A stretch of 64,000 nt of DNA from Vitrella brassicaformis CCMP3155 (lineage: Eukaryota; Protista; Chromerida), in NCBI GenBank assembly GCA_001179505.1, contig CDMY01000317.1:1-64000 (forward strand), given 5' to 3'. Position numbers and translations under genes: made by a program. The notes below the pieces were generated by a model that saw only the letters and a list, made by a program, of their open reading frames with translations, was not told the DNA's origin and made no database searches. Of this stretch, positions 35,416-46,495 are shown one piece after another. Positions within the stretch are counted from its first letter, which is position 1, and each line of letters begins with the position of its first letter.

Positions 35416-38400
35416 TCATTGCCTCCGCCTGTCGCCCCCACCTACCACCACACTACCCCTGTTCTCTCCCCTCAACCTCAAGCCAGCCAAGTCAACACTC
35501 CTCTCCTCATCTCTTCCAGCATCAGCATCACCATCAGCATCACCCTCCCCCTGCTGCGTGGGGGTGGGGGTGGAGGTGTGGGGGTATTTCCGTATAAGCT
35601 CCGTCCGCATTATGTGGTAGCCGTCCTGGAAGGCCCCCGACGTGCCCTTGAGGGCGTCCAGCGGCTGATCTGACCCCGGCCCACCACCTCCACCCATCAA
35701 GTCCAGCTTCCACTCTCGCAGCGCCATGAGCTTGCCTTCGAGCTTGTCGAGGGTGCGGGTCATTGCGGAGGGCAGCACCTGGTACTCGCTGGCCAGGGAC
35801 GAGATCGAGGGGACGGAAGGCCGCGATGCCACTGAGCCGTCGGGGAGCCGACGCAAGCCGTGGCGACGGCAGTAGAGGGCAGCTGCAGAAAGGGAAATGG
35901 ACAGACACGGAAAGATAGATCGATGGCAAGGGTGGGTTGGCTTCGTGTCCTCCTCCCGCCTTATTTATTCACCTTCCTCTGCCGGCAGTTGTTTGATGAG
36001 GTCCCACACTGCCTGGTCTGAGAAGAACTGCTCCATCACATTCGGCTGCGTCATCTGACCCACCCGACCACCACCACCGACACCACCGCCAGCCCCATCC
36101 GCCAGCAGCTCAGCCACGGTCAGCACCCTCACCCTCGCCCTCCTGACGTCGGCCTGCGGGTGCACGTCTGCCGGTGTCAGCTGCGACAGAGTGGGCTGCT
36201 CCACAACCGCCTTCATGAACTCGGCCGTCTCGAAGCCGTCTGGCGTGCCGGTGAACATGGGCTTGTCGGTGGAGCTGCTGATGCGCGTCTGGTAGATGTC
36301 CTTGAGCCGCCTGATGCCGATGCCCACCGTCTCGCCCAGCTCGTCCAACAGCACCTGGGAGCGCTCCAAGAGGTCCCGCACGACCTCCTGGATCTCCGCG
36401 CTGCTCACGTACGCCGCCATGAGGGGGCTGGCGCTGCTGCCCTTGGCCTGAAAATGCTCTGAGCGGGCTCGTGCAGTGAGGGACACCTCTGCGTCACTGA
36501 GGGCGAGAAGCATGTCGGTGACCTGGTCAAATGAGCCGATGGGCTGGCCGATCTTGTCTGTGAGGAGGGCGTAGTAGCCGTCCTCGAGCAGCGCCTTGAT
36601 GCGGGTGCGCTTGGTCTCTTTGCGGACTTTCTCGACCTTTGGAAGCTTGGAGTAGAAGTCCTCGTTGATGGGCACCATGCGGCGCTGCAGAGCCATCCGC
36701 TTCAGACCCTGCTGCACAAATGGCTGCGCATACCTGATACCAAGCCACACACACACACAGAGAGAGAGTCAGGGAAATGGTTCCTTCCCCTCCCTCCCTC
36801 TGCGCTTGTTCCAGTGCGTTCTGTCTGACCTCTCGAGTGTCGACTGTCGGTAGAGCCCCCTCGGCCCAGCGTAGCGCACGATGGCCTTGGTGAGGAAAGC
36901 CGACCCCAGCTCGTACAGCTCCATCCACTCCATCCCCGATGCCGGCGGGTAGGTCTCCTGGATGCGCGACGCTATCCGGTACACCACCGGCGCAAACTTG
37001 GCCTGGAACCGCATGATTGCGCTGTCGGCCGCACCGCGCTTACGAGCGAACAGCTCCCCCAGGTAGTCGGGGTACTTCTGGTGCAGCATGCGACCGAGTT
37101 CCTCCACAGGAAACGCCTCGCGCCGGTCGTCAGGCGATAGCGGCTCCAGTGCCGACGGCCTGAAGCGTGACCAGAGGTGTTGTTCGAGACGTGAGAGCTT
37201 CTCTTCTGGGGTGAGGCGGTCGAGTGGCTGTGCGGGGGGGCTGACGACGGCCAGTTCCTTCAGTGTGAGGGTGAGGAGGGGTCCGCTGAGCGTTCTGCTG
37301 ACAGATGATATGTCGGCGAGGAGGGATGCGGCGGTGCGGTTGGTGAGATTGCGATCGGGGAAGGCGTCGATCACCGACGGGATGATCGGGTTCACGTCGC
37401 GCAGCACCTCGTCCACCCACCTGACCACAACACGACAAAGCATTCCACACATGCACGGATCGCCATTGTGTGTGCACCCCCTTGGTCACCTACCTTCGGA
37501 ATGCAGGGTGCCACAGTCCAACAGAAGGGTCGTCCCTTGCCTCCTCGGGCAAAGCGGGGCCCTCGTAAGCCTTCCCATCGATGGGCGGTGGAAACCGCCT
37601 GTCGCCCTTCTGGCCCTCCAAGATGAACCTGACAATGGCGTCATACAGCGGGCGCATCTCGATCAGCTCGTCAACCAGCTCGGCCAGTGCCTGGCCAGGC
37701 ACCACGCCAAGACCCAGCAGACGGTCGTATGTCAGGTCCCGCCAGAAGAGCCACGGGGGAGGCGCCTCCAGCACATCGCCGCCAGGGTCGCTGTCTTCTG
37801 GGTGGAGCAGCAAGGGCAGTGGGGGGGCGATGACGGGCTCATCGAGGGGCAGGCGGCTGACAGGGTCACGGTTGAGCTCCTCCCACTTGTGGGCCGCTCC
37901 CGGCAGCACGCCGAACCCCCTCTGTCGGTCTTTGGCTGTCTGCGCCGCCTTCTTGAGCCGCGACCACCGCTCGATCTGCGCCGCCAGCCGAAAGATCTGC
38001 TCACTCTTGAGGCGAGACTTCCCCTTCGCTGCCGGCTCAACAAGCCGCCACACCTTCGCCCGATCACTGGTGGACCGCCCCTTGGAGCTCACTAGAGGCC
38101 GCTCGGGCTCGAGCACTTTCGTGACGTTCATCTCCTGCAGCTCCTCCACAGCTGCGCCAGGAAGCCCCGCCATCGCGGGCAGCGCACCCGGATCATCGAG
38201 GGGCGGCGGGCAGGGGGCAGCGCCGGCAATGATGCGGGCGATCATCTGACCCTGGTTGTAGTGGTCCAGTAGAGGGCCTGAGGGGTCCCGGTGGTCGTCA
38301 AGACCATAGTCGGGGTAAAGAGGGGCGGTTGGCGCCCTCTTCTTCTCGGCGGGCTCCAACAGACCGGCTGACGGGCCGCCCGACATCTCCTCTTTTCCAT

Positions 38401-40426
38401 CCTTGCTCTCGGCGGCACTGTCGACCACCTGCAGGCTTTGCTTCTGGTAGACCCGTGCGAGTGCCCCTCCCAGCCGCCGGCCGAAGTTCTTCCACACTTC
38501 CACCACATAGTAGCGCCTCATCCAGTAGAGCAGCGCCCGATTGAGGTCGTCGAAGATCGACACACCGCCTAGAGTGAGGTCCTTGCCCGGGGTGTAGGTG
38601 ACGGGCAGCGGGGCGGCGAGCGTCTGAAGGAATGTGTGGAGCTCCTTCTCGACTTGATGCATCGTCTTCTCCCGTGCAGACCGGTCCTCGTCTTCAGGCA
38701 GCGAGAACCGCGTCCGAAACGTCCCCATAGGCGTCGAGGATCGGCCATCGCTGGTCGTCTCCGTCACCGTCGACAGGGCCGACACAGCCGCACGCACTAA
38801 GGCCACCGACAAGACTTGCACCGCCCCTCCCAGCCGCACCTGCCTTTTCGCTGCCTCGGTGTCCTTCTCGTCCGTCTGCGCCTCGCCCCCGAATGCCGGC
38901 GGGCAGCTCTGCGCCGAGCCCATGATGACCTCCACAGCGTCCTCCACCAGCGGCTCTAGACGGGCGACCGACGGCAGTGTTCTCGCGACAGATGGGCCGG
39001 GGAGGAAGTCAGCCACGTTCTGGGCGATGGGCTGTCGGCCGTTGTTGCCGAAGGTCTCCCACAGCTCGATGAAGCCCTCCAGGAAGCCGGTGAGGATCTC
39101 CCTCGCCACTGGGATGGAGCCCTCACGTGCGTTGGATCGGTGGTCGAGCAGGTTGAGCCAGTCGGACTGCTCACGACGACTGAGGGGGCCGTCCAGCTCC
39201 GGTCGCCGGGCTGGATCCTTGTCTGTGTCTGTTGCTGACGAGTTGACAGCGACGGCAGCGGCACTAAATGCGTTGGTGGCCCTCTTTCTCGCCGATCTCT
39301 TCTTTGAAGAGGGCGGAGGGATGAGGGCATCACGGTCGAATGCAGATGGGGCATGATCGTCATCAGATGCGGGAGAAGCCGTCGGCGCCTGTCGTGTCGC
39401 CTTTTTGTCCTGCTCCTTGGCCAGTTTCTCCTCCGAGAAGGGCCACTTGACATCTGGCAGGAGGCGGAAGTGGCTGTCGACTTCGTTCCACCCGTACTTG
39501 GACATCAGACGCTCCCGTATCTCGTCAACAGAGGGGGGCCGCTCCGACTTCTCCTCCTCTCCCTGGGAACCATCGCCGCTGTCAGCAAGCTCGCCCCTCC
39601 TCTCTCGCGCCGACATGGTCACATCCGTCCCGCCATTCGCCCTGCCGTTCGCACGCACCGGCACTTCTGTAGCACCATCGTCTTCAGCAGCCTCCTCAGC
39701 CATCCTCATAGGCTGGTTACGCGGCCGCATCCACTCCATGTCAACGCCATCTGCAACGTCGGTATCCACTTCCGGCGGGTCGAGCACAGCGCTGCTCCCC
39801 TTCGCCGATGAGGCCAAGAACATCCCAATATCGCCGAATAAAGGCCGCATGCCATCACGCTCATTGCCGCGGTTTGGCAAAGGAAAGCTGCTGCCCAGCC
39901 AGTCTAGTGAGAGGTAGAGTGTGGTTGGGCGAGGGCGAGGGCGAGGGCGGGGAGAGGAGTGCCGCCATGGAATGCCGCGATGGTGTTTGGGCGACAGGCG
40001 AAGAGCGGCGGCCAGGGGCAGCATGACGTGGTCCCTCAGAAGACCCAGTGCAGCCAGCAGCGGACCCAATACGAGCAGCAGCTTCCACAGCCATGAGCGA
40101 AGACAGAGCTTCAGGCGTGTCTTGAGTGGCACTTGGGGTGCGGTGCTGATCCAGTATGCTCCTCGGCTCCCCTGCGGCTCTGGTGTCCAGTGCTGCAGTC
40201 GGCTAGGTGGAAGATGAGAGCACTGCGGAGGGTCGGAGGGCATCGAAGCTGCAGATCTCCGTCGAGCTGTACTTGTGGACTCCATCGAAGAAGCAGGTTG
40301 CTGAGAAAGACCAAGCTCGCGTTGCGAGCCGAGAAAAATCCTTGCCCTTGCTGACGATGAAGGCCTTTGCGTGAGGTACGGAGTGGCCACGACTCGTTCA
40401 TCACTCAGCTGCCATCCTTGATCCAT
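35416..40426 (-). CDS. Sigma-70-family RNA polymerase sigma factor-like protein (~1,583 aa, 4 exons), probably plastid-targeted
   Basis: Exons 40426-37494, 37420-36830, 36733-35973 and 35882-35416 (4,752 nt, phases 2/2/1). Region 2: FAPVVYRIAS...MEWMELYELGSAFLTKAIVRY..PRG...ST..RYAQPFVQQGLKR. Region 3: LLDELGETVGI...ISSSTDKP. Region 4: LIKQLPAEEAALYCRRHGL...SISSLASEYQV...LDKLEGKL. The start ATG is uncertain. Confidence 0.75.
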
Positions 40427-40722
40427 CAGCTCGTGAGCGACATTCTCTCTGGGCAGACTCAGTCTGAGTGTACACAGACCTGCGGCTTTGATTCGAATCA
40501 ACACGCCGCTTAGAAGCTCTCGTCCGACGGTGAGTGAGAATGCGATTAACTCGCCGCGACGCCATCATGTGATTTGTGTCTTGATGTGATTGCATTGCGC
40601 TGTGCAGGTGATTCAGGCTCATTATTGACAGGCAAGCATGCGCACGACACGTGCACCAGGCGCATGCACATTTCTTCGCTGTGTGTGTGCGGTGGATGCA
40701 GCGGTGTGGGTGTGTTTGAGTG

Positions 40723-43105
40723 ATGTCTGAGGCTTACGGCCTCGGCGCGCCCTCTGCTGCCACGGCAAACCGTTACAACGGCGACGCAGGTACACCACAC
40801 ACAAATCTATAGGACACACCCCACACACAAGCACCATCCCGCCATGTGACTGCGTCTATGCTGTTGTGCGTTTACTTGTGATTGCGGACGACGTAGATGA
40901 GGAGCAGCGTGGCGGTGGCGGACCAGCAGAGGAAGACGATCGCAGCGGCATTGACAGCGGTGAGTGACTGACCAATCATGGTATACAGACCAACCGACAC
41001 ACCAGCAGCACGGCACACTGATGTGTTCTCTGTCGGTGCGTCGCCTGTGTCTGTGGTCAGACGAGCAGAAGGAGGAGCATCACGGCGGGGTGGCCGACGA
41101 GATGGCCGATGAGGAGGGAAGTGATAGCGAATCGGTGAGGCACTCATTCTGTCATTCACGAACACAACACGAGTCAATGCGACTCGATGTCCGGCACGTT
41201 TTCCCTTGCCCCTTTGTGGTGTCGGGATGCCATGCAGGAGGATGGCGATGGGGCTGGTGCTGGCGACGACATGAACGAAGACGACAGTGAGTTGTCAGAT
41301 GAGTACAGTGACTCATCCGACGACGGCTACGAGGAAGAAGGTACGCCTGACAGACAAATGTGACAATGCTAAACACACACGCACTCACTGTGTGCCTCCC
41401 TCGTGTGGTGGCTCTGTGCACTGCAGGTCATCCTGTGGTGGCGGCCACTGGCGTGACTGTCCCAGACGGCTGTGTGGGCCCCACTGACATCGAGGCTCGC
41501 TTCCCCCTCGGCACCAACGAGGCCACCAAGCAGCTGGGGCTGGGTGTCATCGGCCGGACCATTATCGACCCACGCCAAGTGACCGCCCTCATCCGGCAGA
41601 ACGGCGCCGACCCAGACGTCAAGCCTCGGCTGCGGAAGAAGGGCAGCAAGCGTCCTGGGTTCGCCCACTCGCTCTACGAATACCCGCTGCTCTGTCTCGC
41701 CATTGACAACCAGACGGACTACACCGTCACGACCATCGTAGCAGGCAGTGGTGCTCGCCGTTTTGTGGCCCTGCCAAAGTGGTCGTCTGCTGGGCTGCAG
41801 GCGGAGATCCTCACCGCACTGCTCGACGGAGGCGCCGACATCAACGCAACAGACGACGATGCCGTCAGCAAGCCCTTGTGGGTGGCGATCGCACTGGGCA
41901 ACCAGACGGCCTTCGACATCCTGACGGCGCGTCAAGACATCGACCTGCGCCCACCAGGCCCACACATGGTGATGGAGCTGCCCCGTCCCCTGCGTCCGCC
42001 TCCCCCCCGGTATCTGGAGGTGCTCATGTCGATGTATCGGCAAGTCACCGCACGAGACCCCACCCTCGCCACCGAACACGGCAACGGCCACAACCTGGTG
42101 CACATGGCAGCCATGGTGGCGGGGGGACAGTATCCCCAGTCCTTCATCGACGCCTACCTCGACCTCATCACGGCGAACGGCGCCGACATGACGGCAGTGG
42201 AGGGCGATGGATGGACGCCATTGCACTACGCGGAATCGTGTGGCTCTCCCCACGTGGCCGACTACCTCTGCCGCAAGGTGCCCGCTGCTGACGACATCAA
42301 CAGACGGACCCACTACGGTACACTCTTCGGCAACACGCCCCTCGCCCTCGCTGCCGAGGAGCTCGATCGCCGCACCCAACGGCTACAGCACCCGCACACG
42401 CCCGAGAACACCAAGAAGGAGTATCGCGCCAAGATTGACGAGTACAGGCAGATCATCCATTCGCTGCTGCGGGCGGGGGCCGATATCAACAGCATCTCCA
42501 CAGCCACAGAGTGGGACCGCTGTGGCCGCCAGCTGGTGCTGGCCGAGTATGCGACAATACTCAACGAGCTGCCCGCTGCCGTGACGTCGGCTGTCAGCGC
42601 CGCCCTCGCCCCTCACCGCTCCCTCGCGGCCCTCCTGACCCCCCAGCTAGCCGTCGGCCCGCAGGAGGCCGCCATCTTCGGCTGGCGCATCGCGTCATAC
42701 CTCTTCGACATGGATGCCGCCCAGGAGGCCGTCAGTGAGGCCGGTGTGCGGCACACCGACATGGCCCACCGTGTGTGTGCGGCAGCGGAGCACTTCGTGC
42801 GCTCGGCAGTGTACCAGGCCAGCAGCAACAGGGAGGTGGTCGGCGGGACGGCCGATGTGGGCAGCCAGGTGGTGCGTGTGCCGCAGCTGCAGTGCTTTGT
42901 GGTGGGCGGTATGGGTGGCCGCAAGATGGAGCTGCGTGAGATGGTGCAGCGGGCAATCCTGGACGAGGCGGCCCAGTGGGGGCTGGCGGGGGAGATCGGC
43001 AACGGCTTCAGCAGGGATGTGCCCGCGGTGGTGTGGGGGGCGGTGGGGTGGGTCGAGAGGGGGCGGGACGGCAGGAAGACGTTCAGGTCGCTGCGGATGA
43101 CGTGA
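40723..43105 (+). CDS. Ankyrin-repeat family protein, copy 2 (5 exons)
   Basis: Exons 40723-40789, 40897-40959, 41061-41134, 41238-41340 and 41427-43105. Motifs LLDGGADIN, WTPLHYA, NTPLALAA and LLRAGADIN. Confidence 0.85.
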
Positions 43106-44739
43106 GATACTCACAGAGACAGATTTGGGTGGGAGGCAGGCAGGTTGGGGATTTTGATGTGTGGATGGATTGTTGTTGGTGCCTGACCCACCCGAGTGCT
43201 TCCCTGTCGCCCGCCCCAGGTATGTTTGTGATAGAGAGTGCGTGTCTGACTGGACAGCTCGACAGATGGGGATGGATGAATGGATGGATACCATTGGATG
43301 AAAGGTGGTCAGATAAAGAGCTGTCACCCTCATGTGTTCACTGACGCACCACTGAGGCGCCATGTGAACGAACGAACGAACGAACCAGCGGGGTGAGGGC
43401 TCACCTGCTGCCTGCACTGGACGTGCACAGTACAGAGACGGCGGCTGACTGGCTGGCGGACGGCTGCTTCAGCGGCCTCCTGAATTCATTTAGTGGCTGC
43501 TGCCTGGTGTGTGCTCCTGGCTGACGTTGTTGCCCGTTGCTGCCCTTCTTGCTCAGCCGAGGCATGATTTTGTTCTTGCGATTCTCGCCGAGACGGGACG
43601 GCGCGCGGAAGAACGAAAAAACAACATTGTCGTGAACAGCAAATTATCAGCATCGCCGTCTTCTCCACCCACAGATTCATCTTCCTTCCGTGTGTGGTGT
43701 CATGCCGACCACCGGCAGCCAGCGCAGCGTTCAACAACCGCCTTCTAGCACCACCCTAACGACCGGCCTCCATGCCGCCGCCCCTCTCCATGTTGTATGA
43801 ATGGGCTGACTGACCAACCGTTTTCCTCCTCGACTGTTCGGGTTTTTCCAGAGATGTGTCTCTACCTGCCGCCTTTGCGTCACGCTGGCGAGGCTGCGGT
43901 GGTCCGTGACGTACTGGGGACTGCTCGTGATGTGCTTACCATGCTTCGTGGCTGCATTGTGAGCGAACATCGGGTGCATAAATTGGTGCATGCTTGTTTT
44001 GTCTGCCCACCGTACACGCACTGCTATCAGATCTTGCCGGAACAGCGAGTGTTGCGGGCGAAAGTTGGAGTGCAAGAAGCGTGAGCTCTGCTGTGGGAGG
44101 AGAGTGTGGTCGGTGACGTGTGATGGATGGATGGATGGTACCCTGCCTGTGTCTGCCCGTCTGTCTGTCTTTCCGTGTGTGTACGTCTGTGTCTATTGTG
44201 CAGGTGTTGTGCCCTCAGGACGATAGGCGCGGGTGGTGTCGCACCATCGCTACCTGCACTCTATATCGTGCTGTCTCCTTCCCATGTCGATTCGTTGTTA
44301 GTGAGATGCCATGTGCTTGACACCCTCGGTGGATGCCTCCATCTGGTTTTTCGGAGACAGATGGAATGCTGGAGCCAAAATTACGAGTATATTGCTGCCT
44401 ACATTTTATATTGTGTTGTGCCAGTGTTGGCGGTAGCAGGACGCAGGAGAGAGACATCATGGAGTCGGAAAGTGCCGGTGCGCATCTTTCTGATGAATGC
44501 TCCGTCTCGATTGTTGACACGAAATGCATCCACCGATGTGTCACCACTGTGTGTGACTTACTCACTAACCAACCACACGAAAAGGCACTCGATCGGATCG
44601 ACAAGGTGCACACCACACTCACAAAGCCAGCCTGTCAGTCAGTGCCTTACACATACACACATGCGCACACTCGCACACGGCTATCTATCCATGAGAGGTG
44701 CTGTGCTGTCTGCACGTCGGTCTCGATCTTCACAATGCG

Positions 44740-46303
44740 TCAAAACATGGCCGTCATCTCTGCGATTATGGGGTCCTCTAAGGTTGGCTCAGGCAGCTGG
44801 GTGCCGATGACGGCCAGTTCGTCGGCCTTGTCGTTGCCCTCGTTGCCGCTGTGGCCCTTGACGTGCACCATCTCAAGCATGCTCATACCGAAGCCATTCC
44901 GCTCCTGCGTGCAGTGCAGTGCAGTGCACACGGCACACATACGGAGAGATGCAACCAGCGGGAAGTAAGGGGGCCGTGCAGTGCATGTGTGGCTCCACTG
45001 ATTGAATGAATTGGCCGACCCGTATGAGCGCATCGAGAGTCTTGACTAGGTCCTGGTTGCTCACGGGCTGAAGGAGCGACACACAACACAAGACAAGACA
45101 AGAGAGGGAAGGATGAATGAATGCGTGGTCGTGTCAGTATGTTTTGAGTCGATCTTTCGTGGACGTACGTCTTTGTTGGCGTTCTTCCATCCGTTGGAGC
45201 GCCACCTCTGAATCCACTCGCTGACACACTTGATGGTGTACTGGGAGTCCGTGAACAGGCGGACAGGCAGTCCACGAGAATCCCTGCAACGCAACGCAAC
45301 GCAACACCCCACCACACACACACACACACACAGGTGCATTGCTCTGCCTCTTTCTGCGGTCTGTTACTATCATTCACTTCACCACCTGCACAGCTCGAGT
45401 GCCTTGACGGCCGCGAACAGCTCCGCCCGCTGGTTGGTCTGCTTCCCATACATACGACCACAGCAGTTCCTGCACCGCACCGCAACACACCACACACACA
45501 CATGTGGTGCCATCCCTCCCTGATTGATGCACGCCTTGCTGCTCAGCTGACTTACTTGTCATCGCCCTGTCCGAACCACACGCCCCACCCGGCCATGGCG
45601 TTCGGCTTGCCATTGTTCTCACACGCGCCATCGCTGTACACCTCTATCGCATTGGGACCCGCAGACCCATGCCTAAGTCCCGTGGTGCTCCCCGCAGCAG
45701 CGGCACTGCCACCACCCCCACCGGCCTTGTCGTATGGCCCCTGTCGGTACTGCTGGCGGTCTGGGCGGATCGGGCCACCATGTGACGCAGTCGCACTACC
45801 ACTGCCACCCCCATTGCCACCGAACAGACACAGAGGAGCACCGTATAGCGTCTGCTTGGGTTTGTGTGTCCGGTATGCGGGCTGTGCGTGTGTACCCACC
45901 CGTCACTGGTGCCCATCCGCCAGTTGGGTCCGGCGTTCTGGTCCATCCACTTCTCGGCCTCGTCTCGGCTGGTGAAGCTCTTCATCTTGGCACTCTTGTG
46001 CCAGTTGTCATTCTCGTCCTTGACCAGGTTCTTGCACTCGCCCCACGACGTGTAGATGCCCACCGCTCCCTCAGGTGAGTTGGCCACGGCATAGAACTTG
46101 GACGCCTTCTGCGTCTGGGTCCTGCCGCCGCTGTAGGTGTAAGTCCGCGACATGAGGGCGCTGGGAGGGATGAACAGCAAGGGCGGCGGAGGGCTCTGGT
46201 GGGAAGCAGGCGGGATGGCGAGGAGAACGACCAAAACCAGCAGCGGCTGGACAGATGCTCGGCAGATTGGATAGATCTGGACAGTCGTTTCCGAAAAAAC
46301 CAT
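44740..46303 (-). CDS. RNH1: Ribonuclease H1 (N-terminal hybrid-binding domain plus RNase HI catalytic domain)
   Basis: HBD KFYAV...GIYTSWGEC..LV...KSF...EAEKW. Catalytic motifs VYSDGAC.NNG...AGWGVWF, QTNQRAEL.A..AL, LFTDSQY, W..RWRSNGWK, VSNQDL and HVKGHSGNEGNDKADELA (D-E-D-D present). Confidence 0.95.
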
Positions 46304-46495
46304 CCATGCTTAAGCTCAAATTCATCGCCCAGGCTCGCATCATAACCGCGAGGTTGCACGAAGATATTCAGCGACGTTAAGTGCGATTCCAAGTGCGCTT
46401 CCACTGCCATCAATCCCGCTGCATGCAGACGCCGCCCCCACCGCCCCCACGCCGAGCTCGCCCACTTTGGTGGAAGTATTGAACTGCATCAAGCA

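Noticed and set aside
36325-36345. LLDELGETVGIGIRRLKDI initially read as sigma region 4.2
   Set aside because: It is followed by the SSTDKP (SL..P-like) motif, and a better region 4.1/4.2 match lies in the last exon, so it was reassigned to the region-3 HTH.
43500-44700. Exon-like segments with AG/GT borders on the + strand between ankyrin copy 2 and RNase H1
   Set aside because: No open spliced frame or recognisable domain could be built; may be UTR, lncRNA or a decayed gene.
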